From the NCBI RefSeq assembly GCF_030144855.1, contig NC_082728.1, positions 5,704,001 through 5,768,000 of the forward strand: a DNA stretch of 64,000 nt, in the 5' to 3' direction. Numbering within the stretch: position 1 is the first letter of the stretch; each line of letters opens with the position of its first letter. The stretch is from Hypanus sabinus (lineage: Eukaryota). This document shows, piece after piece, positions 35,674 to 50,600 of the stretch. The notes below the pieces were generated by a model. It worked only from the letters and a program-made list of their open reading frames with translations. It ran no database searches and was not told the origin of the DNA. The position numbers and the translations under genes were made by a program.

Positions 35674-38600
35674 CTGGAAATAAAGATATATGAGAACATT
35701 AAGCATAAACCTGTCTAATGAAATATGGTACTTTAACTAAATTCAGGGCTTAAAAATGACCATGGTTCTGAACACAGTCTCTTGAATTCCCAGTGCGTGA
35801 AGCATGAGATAACCTCACAAGGGTATCCATGTTTGAAACAGTAGTCCTTGCTCATAAAAAGGTAACAGAAATTCAACCTGAACTGTTGTACCATTGATAA
35901 TAATGACGTAACCCCCCCCCCCCCACTTCACCCCTCCTATTCTCACACAATCAGCTTCTAGGTAGCTGGGGTGACATAGTGGCCTAAGTTAGTGTACTGC
36001 TTTACAGCACCAGCAGCCTGGACTGAATTCTGCCGCCGTCTGTAGGGAGTTTGTATGCTCTTCTCATCATCAGTGTCATCCCACATTCCAGATTCACGGG
36101 CTCATTGGGCTGGAAGGGCTGTGGTATATCAACCTTCGGAATTGAATGGATTCCTGCCCCTATTGTACAGGATTTATTACATCTAACCTTTCCCAGCTCT
36201 GTTGGAAGATCAATCCAAGATTTAACTATCACTTCACACACATGCTGCTACACTCTTGCCGTGTGCCAGGTATTTAGAACCGGGGCAAGCATAATAAGAC
36301 AAAAACAGACCCCTTTATTGCCTTTGGTAACCTATTTCATTTATCAAATATCCCATCAACAGCTCCTACCTATCATGTTCTACTACTCATACTTGAGTCA
36401 ATTTATCATGGCCAGTTAACCTACTAATCCACACTTCTTTTTTTCCTAGAATAAGGTGGCACAGTTGTGTAGCCATTAGTGCAACATTCTCCTGAGCCAA
36501 CGACCAGCGATCGGGATTTAATTCCCTCTGCCTTAAGTTCTCCCCATAACTGCATGGGTTCCCTCCATGTGCTCCAGTTTCCTCCCATATTCTAAAGACA
36601 CACAGTTTAGGATTAGGATTAGTTAAGTTGTGGACACGCTATGTTGGTGCCAGAAATTAAGGCAACACTTGTGGCTGCTCCCAGCACATCCTCACACTGT
36701 TGGCCTTGATACAAACTAAGCATTTCACTGTATGTTTCGATGTACATGTGACAAATAAAGCTTTCATTAAAAAAAAAGCCTTTAACCAAAGCACTGGGAG
36801 AGAAGACCACGTGGTCACACAGAACCTGCTAACTCCACACTACATTAGACCCAATGGAGCTGCAAGTCACTAGCATTCTCTGTTCTATTTAAAAATTTCT
36901 ACTTGGATGAGGTACAATGACCATTGACCTATCTGGGAAAACTGGAAAGGTTGAGCCAAACTTTCTAAAACGTTGTGATCAGGTGAGATTTAAAATAAAG
37001 CGGTCAAAGTGATAAGGCTAAATAAATGCTTCCATCTGATGTGTCATTTACTTGGTCAACACACAACTGAGTGGAAACAAAAACAGCTGTTACACACACA
37101 TCAAGGGGATGCACGGCCTGTAAAGTGAGAAAAAGATAAATCTAATACCAGTATAATCGCAAGAGAAGCGTTGACAAGGATGTCAACACAACCTTCTTTG
37201 CAAAAGTCCGTCTAACTGGAAAAAAACTAACTGATGCCATAAATAACCTAAGTGCCTATCCCTTACAGTTTTCATGATCTCTGCATTTGGCACTATTAAG
37301 CATTATTAGGACCCAAAAATGTGATTTATTTCAACCTGGAGGTGGCATGGGAGGTCGCATTGCTGTTTGCTGAGGTGGCATTCCTTGTTGTGGTGGCATC
37401 ATGCCGGCCATTGGCCCGACAGGTGGTGGCCCCATTGCTGCCTGGCCTTGCCGTGGGATGTTACGCTGGTACTTTGGAAACTGGGCTCTCCTTTCCTCCT
37501 GAAGGACAAAAGAAAGAAAATTGCAAAGGCAACATTAGTTTTTCCCCATACAAACGACAATATCTCTGACAAGAATCTGTTACTGAATTTATATCTGTGC
37601 AGCAAGGTAAGCTAACATATCTTTAATACAATTCTAGAATGACCCATACTTACCAATGATATATCCTCATCTGGATGGATCAACTTACTAGTTGCACTAG
37701 TTGTGGTTAGAGTAGCAGGCTTACTAGTAACAGGGATGGCTGGCTTGGCTGTGGTGCTATTTGATGTGCTCGTTGCAGTAGTTGTAGACTGAGTGTAGGC
37801 TGGGAATGTGGGCTTTGGAGGCTCTGCAGTAGTAACAGGTGTGCTGCTCAAGGGTTTAAAATCCGTACCCACAGGTCCAGAGACAGATGGCTGGCTCTGT
37901 TGAATCAACAAGAATTATGTTAACAACAAATCTAAAATAAAGAGAGAGAAGAAAACTGAAGCCACAAGCAAAGCAGATTAATTTTCCAAATCTCATGCTA
38001 TTCTCAAAATGAAGGTTTACAAGTTTTAATTGAGTCATACAGCACTACAGCACAGAAACACGACCATTGGGTCTTATAGTCAAAGTTGCTCTCATAATCA
38101 GAATTAATGTTAGTGTCAAGAGACAGGCTACAAAAATGTACTAATTTAGAGAAAAAACATGGTAACTGGCCCAATGAGCCCATACCACCTAACTACACGT
38201 GACCAATTAACCTACTAACCTATACGCTTTGAAATGTGGGAGCAAACTGGAGCATTCGGAGAAAACTGTTGTCACAGGGAGAAAGAACAAACTCCTTACA
38301 GACAGTGGGAGCAATTAAACCCAGGTAACTGGTGCTACATGTAACATGTTACTCTAACCACTACGCTACCATGCCACCATTTTTTTTCTCCCTGAAGGAC
38401 AGATCTTCTGATTCAATTTAAACTGGCAAACCTTCAACAGACTCTGCATCATATAAAGCTGAAAGATGTGTGTTTTGATTATGTTTTAAAAAAAATATAA
38501 AATGCTAGATCTAGAAAGTAGTACAGCACACTACACCGGATTGACATTGCACAGCCCATACACAACTCCAGAAGCCTCTAAAGCTAGTGTAAATGCATGC

Positions 38601-41600
38601 TGAAATGTTATCCTGCATGTGAAGCACTGTGAATTAGTCTAACACCAGAATAGATAGTGACTCCCTGCGTACTTGTGCTGCACTAGGAAACAGAGGCTTA
38701 GAGGAAGTTGAGAGGTTGGCTGAATTGGATGAAGCTGTAGTGGAGGCTGTAGTTGTGCTTGACACACGGGTCCCCATCTGAAGCACAAAAAGAGCAGATA
38801 GTGAAAATCCTCAGTAACTGCCAGTACTCGACACTGCTAAAAGGATCATTGTCAGAAATTCAATGTCTTAAAACCCAGAGCACCTGCAATTTCCAATAAA
38901 TGTTTTGCTACTTATCCCAAATAAACCCATTCTTAGCCCCCCCCCCCCCCAATAAACATATCAGGAACAGAATTAGGATGTTCAGCCCATTGAGTCTCCT
39001 CCACCATTCCATCACGGCTGATTTATTTCCCACCTAACCCCACTTTCCTATGTTCTCCCCGTAAACTTTGACACTTTTACTAATCAGAACATCAACCTCT
39101 ACTTTAAATATACCCAATTAGTTGGCCTCCACAGGCATCTTTAGCAAATAAATCCAGATTCATCACTGTCTGGCTAAAGAAATTCCTCATCTCTGCCCTA
39201 AAGGGACATCCTAGTATTCTGAGGCCGTGAACTTTCTATTCGAAACATCCTCTACATATCCACTCCAATCAGATTTTTTAACATTCATTAAGTTTCAGCA
39301 GGTACAGGACCAATTTCCTTTCATTGTCAGGATCATTCTCATAAACAACCTTTGAATCTTCTCCAATGTCAGTGTATTCTTTAATAGGGCACCCAAACTG
39401 CTCAAAAATACAAACATAGTCTATAAAGCCTCAAAATCGCTTATTGCTTTTATGTCCTAGTCCTCTCAAAAGGATCCCCAACACTGCATTTGCCTTCCTT
39501 CCTACCTAATCAACCAGCAAGTTAACCTGCAGGGAAGCTACACTCAGACTCCCAAGTCCCTTCACAACTTGATTTCTGAATTAACTCACCATTCAGAAAA
39601 CAGTCTACGTCTTTAATATTTCTATCAATAAGTGCACGACCATACACCTCTCTACCCTGTATTCCATCTGCAAATGTAACAGAATGATTATATGACAAGT
39701 AAACAGGGTACCATAACACAGATAGCAAGCACTTACTTGCCCAGCACTTGGGAAGAGAGGCTTTGCAATGGGGGGCTGTGGACCAGGTCCAGGTAGTGGT
39801 GCTCTACTGGGTACACCAGGTGCAACTACAGGTTGTGACTGGGTCATGGTTGGACCTCCTGGACGTGGAACAGGCGGTGGCATACCTACAGCAGTAAACA
39901 AAAAGTTAATTTACAAACCATCTTTGCTACTCAACTGATACAAGTTATTTAATATACCTGTATTGATACACTGTCCTATGGATTATTAACTCAAAACCGA
40001 TAGGTGTTAGGTAACTAATAAGATAATCAATAAGCTTTAAATTATGTTCAAACACTAACTGGTTAATTCATAAAAAATTGAAACCATAAAATTAAGCTGC
40101 AAGTCTGCCTTAAAAGATGCCAAGTAAGATTCAAAGTAATTCCTATTTAACACACAAACTCCTGTAACGAATGAAAGCACAGCAAAAAAAAAAACGCCAA
40201 AATTTCATTGAAAGATAGAAATCTGACTACTTGGTTATAAAGGTTCATAATATTCAAGCGAATGTTTTTCCTCCACCAATTAAACAAACACTTCTGTTAA
40301 TAAAACTTAATTAACAACAATGGATATAACTGATAAAAGGAAAATTATCATACCACACCTTAAGCAACATACAGTGACGCTAAAATTCAGAGTCAGGTTT
40401 GATTCACATAGCAGGTGCAAGGTCTGCGTTAACTCAGCACACCTAATTACAAGACTTTGCAATGCCATTCGATAATTTGTCAGAATTTCTTAACATTAGA
40501 AATACACATCTGTATCATCTATCCGATCTGCACACATTTTGTTTAAGCTCTAATTGTCATTCTAGCCACTTCTAATATCTCTCCATTGGTGGTGTAGAAT
40601 TTACTCTGAACCCCATAATGGAAGGATAAGAAAGCCTTAGAGTGGACACTGAGGAGATTTACCATGATGCTACGTGGATTAGAGAGCATGTCTGATGAGG
40701 ATTGGTTGAGCAGACTAGGGATTTTCTATTTGAAGCAAAGGAGGATGAGAGAAGTACAAAATAAGAGGCATAGTTCTAAATGGAGAGGCAGAAACTTTTT
40801 CACAAGGCAGAAACACTAATACAAGGCATAATTTTAAGCTGATTGGAGGAATATATAGGGGGAATTTCAGAGGTAATTCCAACCCCCAAAAGTAGTTGGT
40901 GCGTTGAATGCCTTGCAGTGGGAGGTGTTAAAAGTAGATACATTAGTGACATTTAATAGATTCTTAGATAGGCATACGGATGAAAGACAAATGGAGGGCT
41001 GTGTGGGATGGAAGCATTAGATTGATTTTAGAGTCGGTTAAAAGGTCAGCACAACATCATGGGCCAATGGGTCTACATTGTTCTATGTTCTTTTGTCAAA
41101 TAAAGCCAAACAAGTATTTGTTATTTATGTAAGTGCCAGAAAGTAACTATCTGAAGGTATTGTTATACATTGTGTTAATGTTTAAAATAATTATTCTCTA
41201 CAATACAGACCTAAGTTGCCACCAGCCATTTTCAAATACCCACCAGGGTGCATGCCTGGCATCATGGGTGGCATTCCTGGTCCTGGTGGCATCATTCCAC
41301 CCATAGGCATCATTCTGTGAACAAAAAAAATAAAAATTACAAAAGCCAAAAACAACACAGCTTGGCAGGAGAGTGGTACAGCCTCACAACTCCCAGGTTT
41401 AATCTTTACCTCCCAAAGATAGGCTGGTTGGTAAATTTACTAGCTACTCCAATGGAATTGTAATATTACTGTCACATATACTGAGGTACAGTGAAAAGCT
41501 TGTCTTGCATACTGTTCTTAGAAATTAATCCATTGATGTGGAACAATAACAGAAAGCTGAATAAATTTGCATAGAAGTGTTGTGCAGGTAAACAGGGTGC

Positions 41601-44600
41601 AAGATCCTAACAAGAGAGATTGTGTGGTCAAGAGCCCATCTTATTGTACTGAGGAACCATTCAATAATCTTACGACAGCGGGGTAAAAGCTGTCCTTGAG
41701 CCCGATGGCACATGGTTTCAAGCTTTTGTATCTTCTTCCTGATGGGAGAGGGGAAAAGAGAGAATGACTGGGTGAACGGGGTCTCTGCCTATAACTTGCT
41801 GCCTTAGTAAAGCAGCCAGCATAACAAGAGGCCAGCTTCCAGTATGTGCTAAGCTATGCATACAACATTCTGCAGTTTCTTGGGTCATGGGCAGAGCCAT
41901 TGTTGTAGCAAGCGTTATGCATTCAGGTAAGATATATTCCATGGTGCATTGATAAAAATTGTTATGGATTGATGGGGACATGCCGAATTCCTTTAGTCTC
42001 CTGAGAAAATAGAGGTGTTGGTGAATTTTCTTGTCTTCATGTCTCTAGCAGGACAAGCTATTGGTGACTTTCATTCCTGGGAAGTGGAAGCTTGTGACCA
42101 TCTCTGCCTCAGTACCATTGATGTAGACGGTAGCACGTACACTGGTCCCCTTCCTGAAGTCAATAACTAGTTCTTCTGCAGTGCTGACATTGAAGGAAAG
42201 GCTGTTGTCATGAACACCACGTTACTAAACTCTGTATCTCCTTCCTGTACTCCAACTCATCGTTATGCGAGATACAACCCACTATGGTGGTATCACCTGC
42301 AAACTTGTGGAAGGAGTTAGAGCAGCATTCAGCCACACAACGATGAGTCGATTAGGGAGTGAGAATGCAATCTTGAGCACCAGAGTTGAGAATACTCACA
42401 GTGGAGGGGTTGTTGTTCATTCCTTACTGACAAGCATCCAGTTGCAGAAGGAAGTGTTGACTCCCAAATCTGAGTTTGGTAATGATTTCGTTTGTAGTTA
42501 TACTATTAATGGTGGAGTAGTAGCCAATAACCAATAGTGTAATGTTGGTTTATTTATTGTCCAGACACTGCAGAAAGATGAGATTAAGGCTAGTGAGATA
42601 GTGTCCACCAATGACCCATTTTAATGGTAGATGAACTGAAGTGCACTGATGTTGTTTTGGGAGGTTGGAGTTGATGTGTAACATGAATGATAACTAGCTT
42701 CTCAAAACACTTTATGACAGTGGATGTTAGAGCCACAGAGTAGTAGTCATTAAGGCACATCACCTTGTTTTTCTTTAATAATCAACAGTTAAAGAAAAAT
42801 GAAAGGATGGTACTACTCCACGACACAAGAATAGAAAAGAACAGGTATCTGCTGAATTTATTTAGTAAGTTCAACCTATTAAAAACTATGATCTCAAATA
42901 GAGTCTTGTTAGCTGTTATGTGATGTAAATGATGTGTCCAAAGTGAGGGTGCTGAGCAATAGATGACAGCCAGTGGTTCTGATCTTGACATCAATCAACT
43001 CTAAATAGAAGTGCAAGTGGGAACCGTTGAATAAAATTGGCAGGCTTCAGAGAAGAAATACTACTGATATTCTATTGAAACCCAAGAGACAAACACGACT
43101 AAGTACAAAGACATACACTATAGAAACAAGCTACAAATTCCTGAGAAAGCACGTGACTACAAGAAACCACAGATTGCAGACACAGCTCAGCACTTCACCT
43201 CTAAGGACTGTCTACACTTCTCATGGCCTCAGTAAAAACTCCATCCAGCCCAGTCTTCCTCTCCTATCCCATTGGGCAGAAGATACAAAAGCCTGAAAGC
43301 ACATACTACCAGGCTCAAGGACGGCTTCTCAATGCACTGTTATCAGTCTTGGCCTCACAATCTACCACATTATGATCTTACACTTCACCATTTACCTGCA
43401 TTATACTTGTTTGGTAGCTTTTTTATTTTATTCTGCGTTGTTATTGTTTTACCTTATTCTAGCTCAATGTACTGTGTAATGATTTGATCTATATGAACAG
43501 CATGCAAGACAAGATTTTTACTGTATCTTGGTACATGTGACAATAATAAACCACACATAAATAAATTTGCTGAGATAATCAGCACTTACTTTCACCACGA
43601 TGTCTTGGGAGCAGAACCATTTTACAGCCCAGTGAAAAGAAGGCAATATACTGCTTAGATTTTAAACATCTTATAGAAACTATAGAAGACCTACAGCACA
43701 ACACAGGCCCTTCGGCTCACAATGCTGTACCAAACATGTACTTACTTTAGAAATTACCTTGGTTACCCATAGCCCACTAGTTTTCTAAGCTCCATGTACC
43801 TATCCAGGAGTCTCTTAAAAGACCCTATTGTATCTGCCTCCACCACAGTCACTAGCAGCCCATTCCATACACTCACCACTCTCTGCATAAAAAAACTTAC
43901 CCCTTACATCTCCTCTAATTTACCTACTTCCAAGCGCCTTAAAACTGTGCACTCTCATGTTAGCCATTTCAGCTCTGGGAAATAGACTATCCACATGATC
44001 AATGCCTCTCATCATCTTATACACCTCTATCAGGTCACCTCTCATCCTCCGTCGCTCAAGGAGAAAAGGCCAAGTTCACTCAACCTATTCTCATAAGGCA
44101 TGCTCCCCAATCCAGGCAACATCTTTGTAAATCTCCTCTGCACCCTTTCTATAGTTTCCACATCCTTCCTGTAGTGAGGTGACCAGAACTGAGCACAGTA
44201 CTCCAAGTGGGGTCTGACCAGGGTCCTATATAGCTGTAACATTACCTCTTGGCTCTTGAACTTAATCCCACAGTTGATAAGGCCAATACACCGTATGCCT
44301 TCTTAACCACACAGTCAACCTGTGCAGCAGCTTTGCGTGTCCTATGGACACGGACCCCAAAATCCCTCTGATCCTCCATACTGCCAAGAGCTTTACCAAT
44401 ATTATCATCGTCTGCCATCATGTTTGACCTACCAAAATGTACCACCTCACACTTTTCTGGGTTGAACCCCATCTGCCACTTCTCAGCCCAGTTTTGAATC
44501 CTATCGATGTCCCACTGTAACCTTTGACAGCCCTCCACACTATCCACAACACCCCCAACCTTTATGTCCTCAGCAATTTTACTAACCCATCCCTCCACTT

Positions 44601-47600
44601 CCTCATCCAGGTCATTTATAATAATCATGAAGAGAAGGGGTCCCAGAAAAGATCTCTGAGGGACACCACTGGTCACCAACCTCCATGCAGAATATGACTC
44701 ATCTATAACCACCATTTGCCTTCTATGGACAAGCCAATTCTGGATCCACAAAGCAAGGTCCTCTTGGATCCCATGCCTCCTTACTTTCTCAATAAGCCTT
44801 GCATGGGGTACCTTGTCAAATGCCTTGCTGAAATCCATATACATCTACTGCTCTACCTTCATCAATGTGTTTAGTTACATCCTCAATAAATCCAATCAGG
44901 CTCGTAAGGCAAGACCTGCCTTTGACAACACCATGCTGACTATTCCTAATCATATTACGCCTCTCCAAATGTTCATAAATCTTGCCTCTCAGGATCTTCT
45001 CCATCAACTTACCAACCACTGAAATAAGATTCACTGGTCTATAATTTCTTGAGCTATCTCTACTCCCTTTCTTGAATAAGGGAACAACATCTGCAATCCT
45101 CCAAAACTTCTCCCACCCCCCAACGATAATGATCATTGCAGGAGGCTCAGCAATCTCCTTCCTCGCCTCCCACACTGTCTTATCTAACTTGATGCTTTCC
45201 AAAAGTTCCAGCACATGCTCTTTCTTAATGTCTATAAGCTCAAGCTTTTCAGTCAGCTGAAAGTCATCCCTACAATCACCAAGGTCCTTTTCTGTAGTGA
45301 ATACTGAAGCAAATTGTTCATTAATTACCTCTGCTATCTCCTCCAGTCCCAAACACTTTTCCACTGTCACACTGATTGGTCTTATTCTCTCACATCTTAT
45401 CCTCTTGCTCTTCACATACTTGTAGAATGCCTTGGGGTTTCCTTAATCCTGCTCGCCAAGGCCTTCTCCTGGCCCCTTCTGACTCTCCTAATTTCATTCT
45501 TAAACTCCTTCCGGCTGGCCTTGTAATTTTCTAGATCTCTATGACTACCAAGTTTTTTGAACCCTTTGTAAGCTTTCCTTCTTGGCTAGATTTTCAACAG
45601 CCTTTGTGCACCATGGTTCCTGTACCTTACCATCCTTTCTCTGTCTCATTGGAACGTGCCTATGCAGAACACCACGCAATATCCCCTGAACATTTGCCCC
45701 ATTTCTGCTATACATTTTCCTGAAAACATCTGTTCCCAAGTTATGCCTCCAATTTCCTGCCTGATAGGTTCACATTTCCCCTTACTCCAATTAAATGCTT
45801 TCCTAACTTGTCTGTTCCTATCCCTCTCCAATGGTAAAGGAGGTAGAATTGTGATCACTCAATCTTTTAAAACTGGATCACAACAGCGAAATAAAAACAA
45901 AGCACTGACCCTGGAGGCATTCCTGGCATCACTGGGGGCATCCCTGGCATCATGGGAGGAACACCTGGTACCACCGGTGGCACTCCTGCAAAGGAAAAGA
46001 AATTCAACCGTAAAAACTGTATTCATCAGTAACCTAAAACCTGTAGAGGGTTTCGTTACGTTGCTTGGATGGTTTAACACAGAAATCCTAAACCCCAAGT
46101 TAGAAATTAATTGCACATAGAATCTCTCATGGCAAAAGCACAGACGGTAAGAAATGGCCAAGATGCCATTTTTGAAGCTCATTGCTTCAAAAAAGCTACC
46201 AGGTGCACTTGGGAAATTATTAAATCAAGAAGCCTTCATAACTTCTGCAAATTCCAGGCACAACAACTCTATGAATGGAACTACCAGAGGGATAGGAGGG
46301 ACATCTGACACCACTGGTGATAACTACAGATTAAACGAAATTCAATCATGTCAACATCAAAACAGAGCACTCTCCTCTCCTATCAAATTCCTTCCTCTTC
46401 AGCCCCTTACCTCATCTATGCCCTCCCAGCTTCATATTTCACCACCCCTCACCTATCATCTGCCTGCTTATACTCCTTCACCTCTCCTCTCCTTTATATT
46501 CTGGCTTCTTCCCCTTTCCTTTCCAGTCCTGATGAACAACCTTGGCCCCAAGTAATGACTGTACGTTCCTCTCCATAGATGCTGCCTGACCTGCTGAGTT
46601 CCTCATGCATTCTATATGCCATACTCTGGATTTCTAGCATTTACAGAATCTCAGGTTTATAATATAGAACACCTGTGGTGTGGTACTGACATTAAAATAC
46701 AACCCACTCTATTCTACAAGGAGTGTGACTGCAGGATCACGTTTATACAATGGAAATGATCAATTCCTATGAAAGAGCCAAGTGACTCACCTGGAGGAAT
46801 TCCTGGTGCTCCCGGTGCATTGTGTATGGTGGACTGGTTCATATTTGAAATGAAGTTCTGCGGTTGCTGTGCTCCTTGTTGCTGGTATGAAGTCCCGGCT
46901 TCTGAGTCTTCCTCATCAAACTCGTCAGAATCATCATCTTTCTGCTTCTTCTTCTGACTTTCAGCTGGTGGAAGATGTAAAAGTTTAAATTACACCCAAA
47001 AGAGCATGGGTGTAAGATCATCCATTGGGATTATAACCTTTCCTCCCAAAATGATCTCGGCCTGAAACGTCAACATCGCTTCTCCCTATAGATGCTGCCT
47101 AGCCTGCTGTGTTCTACCAGCATTTTGTGTGTGTTGTTTGAATTTCCAGCATCTGCAGATTTCCTCGTGTTTGAGCCTTTCCTCCAATTGTTTTTCTGTG
47201 ATAGTGTTCTCCAGTAGGAGACAGGAGCATTCAACCAAATTATAAGAAATATCTTCACTGTCTGAAAGTCTGGACAATGAGGCGACTGGATTAGATTCAA
47301 ACACATACAAAACAGAATCATGGCAGGACTTTGTCCTGTAGCTATAATTGAATCCTCAACCCCCACCCATTGCCCAGGGAGACAATGTTAACATATCCAC
47401 CTTCATCCATCAGCCACACTGTAATGAATTACAAAGTAAATGCATCAGTGAACATTCATTGCAGATCTGAAAGTTAAATGTCCATTTTGAAATGGCATCA
47501 ACAGAAGCTTAATTGCTAGAAACATCAGGCATGTCTGTAATCTGCAATATATCAGCTAGAATATCCAGCATTGCATACACCAAGGTTAATAATCTGTAAC

Positions 47601-50600
47601 CTCACTGAGAAAGTATGATCACAGCAGTCCAAGACGATCTTTCCTACTTAGATGGATGTGTAAATTTCTAGGATACCGACACTGTAACTGTTAACATCAC
47701 AGGAGATAAACAAAAACAGAGTTTGCCAAAAGACACAAATGGAATAGAATAAGTTGAAAACTGACAAACTTATCTTCTAATATCTGGATTCAGCAATTTC
47801 TCACCATCTAAAAAAATCATGACACACAAAACCATAAAGTATGTTTGTAACTGATTCAACAAAGAGAAAGGCAATGCAGGGAATGTTGTACCGTTGAGAA
47901 TGTGCTGTTTATGGAGAACATTTCACAAGGCTGTTCATCTGACTAGTCAAAAAAAAAAGGATTATCGTAGCTAGACGTCTATATTGGATTATGGTTCAAA
48001 GCAGAATTGTTACATTTTGTTTGTGAAACATTTCTGCACACAAATTATTCACTATCAAAATTTGATTTGATATACAAACGCGATTCAATGGCTCTGAAAT
48101 AATTTAGTACATCAGTCAGAATCAGATTTATTATCAATGTCTTATGGAGTGAAATTTCTTTTATTGCTGTAGCAGTGCCATGCTAAAACATGAAGTCACG
48201 ATAAATGATAAAATAAGTAAATGGTAATGGAAGCTTTTGACTTCTATCAGCTGGCAGTATACAGCATCCAAGCAAATATATTACACTGATTTATAACATT
48301 TCTCTTACAATAGAGTTCAAATTGTTTCACCTCCTTGTTCCTGTCCAATATCTTTTGCTAGAAACTACACAATTTGGCATCAAAATGGATGCAGCATTTG
48401 CAATCACAACTCAGATGTAAAATCCTTTTCCAGACATTAGAACAACTACATTTCACTGTTCATTATGGGCCTGCGCACTAAATAAACGTGAGTTATTATG
48501 TTTTTCATTTCTGTGAAGCATTTGCAGAACAAAATAAAAATTGAGAATTAAACCTGCCAGGAAAGAGAAAATTGCTGCAGGAAAGACTTCTTAGCACCTT
48601 ATAGATCAACAAATTATGACACCACAGATATTTACCTTGAGTCTTCTGTTCAAGGAGGCGTCTCCTCTCCTCCATATCCTTTTCTGGAATGCCCTCCATT
48701 CCATATATTTCCAGCTCTATGTCTGTTCTTCCTGGGATTGCATTTGGGACTGCATCTATTGTTTCCTTGTGAACCTACAAAGCCAAAATAATCCTTGACA
48801 TTTCAAAAGTTCAAAATACAATGAATAAAATCTTTAAGTTATAGATTAAAATCCAATTCACAGAGCAACTCTAGAAACATTGTTAAGCATTGGAATAGCA
48901 AAGAACATTTGACTTACTATCCAGATCCGTTCAACTGAAATTTCCTCCATCATCATCATCAACATACTTAAACAAAGTTCCACCTGAATGATTCCTTTTC
49001 TCAACTAGAAGTTATAAATTTGTTCTATTTTCCTTGCAGAAATTGCACTATGCATCAAAACATCCATAGGCAAAAGACTATCTCTTGAATCCTGCCTCAG
49101 ATTCCTTTTAGCAATCAACTGAAAATACTGTTCTCCAGTCACTGACCATCCTCCCCCCCCCCACCGTGGATATTTATCTTTAGTTAAATGTTACAACATG
49201 TTGATTTAGAACATTTATACTGTAGTCTGCTCCTTAACCACTTCCACATAATGGAGACCCTCTATCCCTGCCCTTCCTCAGTCAAATAAAAATAATCATT
49301 GGAAGTTGTATAGATTTGTATGCTTTATGCTACATGTTAAAGCAGATAGCTATTTCTAAACACAGAAAAGACAGCAAAGCAATATCAAAACCATCTGTTA
49401 TACTGCCTTTAAAGCACAGTATAACAAAACCAAACAATAGTTCTGAAGAGTCACTGAACATTTGATAAGCATCTCAGTATCAACTGCACCCAATAAAAAT
49501 TCCTGCAGTGTTGTAACCATGTAATTAAAATGTATTTTCCTTGGAGATCCTTGTAACAGTGGCTTGTCTGAACTGGAATGTTTAACGTACAAGCCTCAAA
49601 TGGCAAGGATAAATAGTACAGTCGGCCCTCCTTATCCACAGGCTCCGCATGCGCAGATTCAACCAACCGCAGATTGGGAAAAACTGAAGTTCTCTCTCCA
49701 GCACTTCTTGTTTGAGCACGTACAGACTATTTTTTTTGTCATTATTCCCTAAATACAGTATAACAACTATTTACATTTTATTAGGTACTGTAAGTAATCT
49801 AGAGACGATTTAAAAGTACAGGCAGTCCCCAGGTTATGAACGAGTTCCTTTCCTGAGTCCATCTTTAAGCTGGATTTGAAGTCAGAACAGGTACATCCGG
49901 TATTATTTAGCGTCAGTTAGTCAAACGTTTGTCTTATATAGTATATATTTTAGCTTTCTATGCATATAAAATACTTAAGAAACATATGTACTTCAATAAT
50001 TAAACCACTGCATTGCTTAGTAATAACTGTAGCTTTCATTGGGGCAGGGCCTTTCACATGCTCCATTAAAATTGTTCTGATTGTTGACCGACTGTTGCCT
50101 AATGCTTTTCCAATGTCTGATGGCGTTTCACCTCTTTCTGATTGCTTTATTACTTCCAATTTTCAACCGTGATCATGATTATTTTCGTGAACAGAAACAC
50201 TGCAGATTCAGAGCTGCGCTGGGTCCTGAAGTCCATCTCACTGAAACAGGTTAAATAAGGGACTTGAGCATCTGCGTTTTTTGGTATCCGTGGGGGGTGG
50301 GGGGGGAGTCCCGGAACCAATCCCCCGTGGATAAGGAGAGCTGACTGTACACGTGGAATACCCCTTATCCGAAATTGCAAAATTCAAAAACTTACAAAAT
50401 CTGAAATTTTTTGAGCACTACATGATGTCACAAATGGAAAATTCCACAAGATACTAGGTCGCTAGGCAATGCACAGGTCTTTGTGCACCAAACAGATCTG
50501 AGAAGTGATCTCACATATGTATTGAACAGAAATTAGTAAGAAAATAGTAAAACACTGCATAAAGCCAAAAATGAAGATCTCGATCGCATATCATCAGTAT

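Noticed and set aside
42780-43150. Intronic snoRNA or an in-frame alternative exon of ZNF207
   Set aside because: I found no properly spaced C/D or H/ACA boxes with terminal stems, and no frame-preserving exon with credible splice sites.
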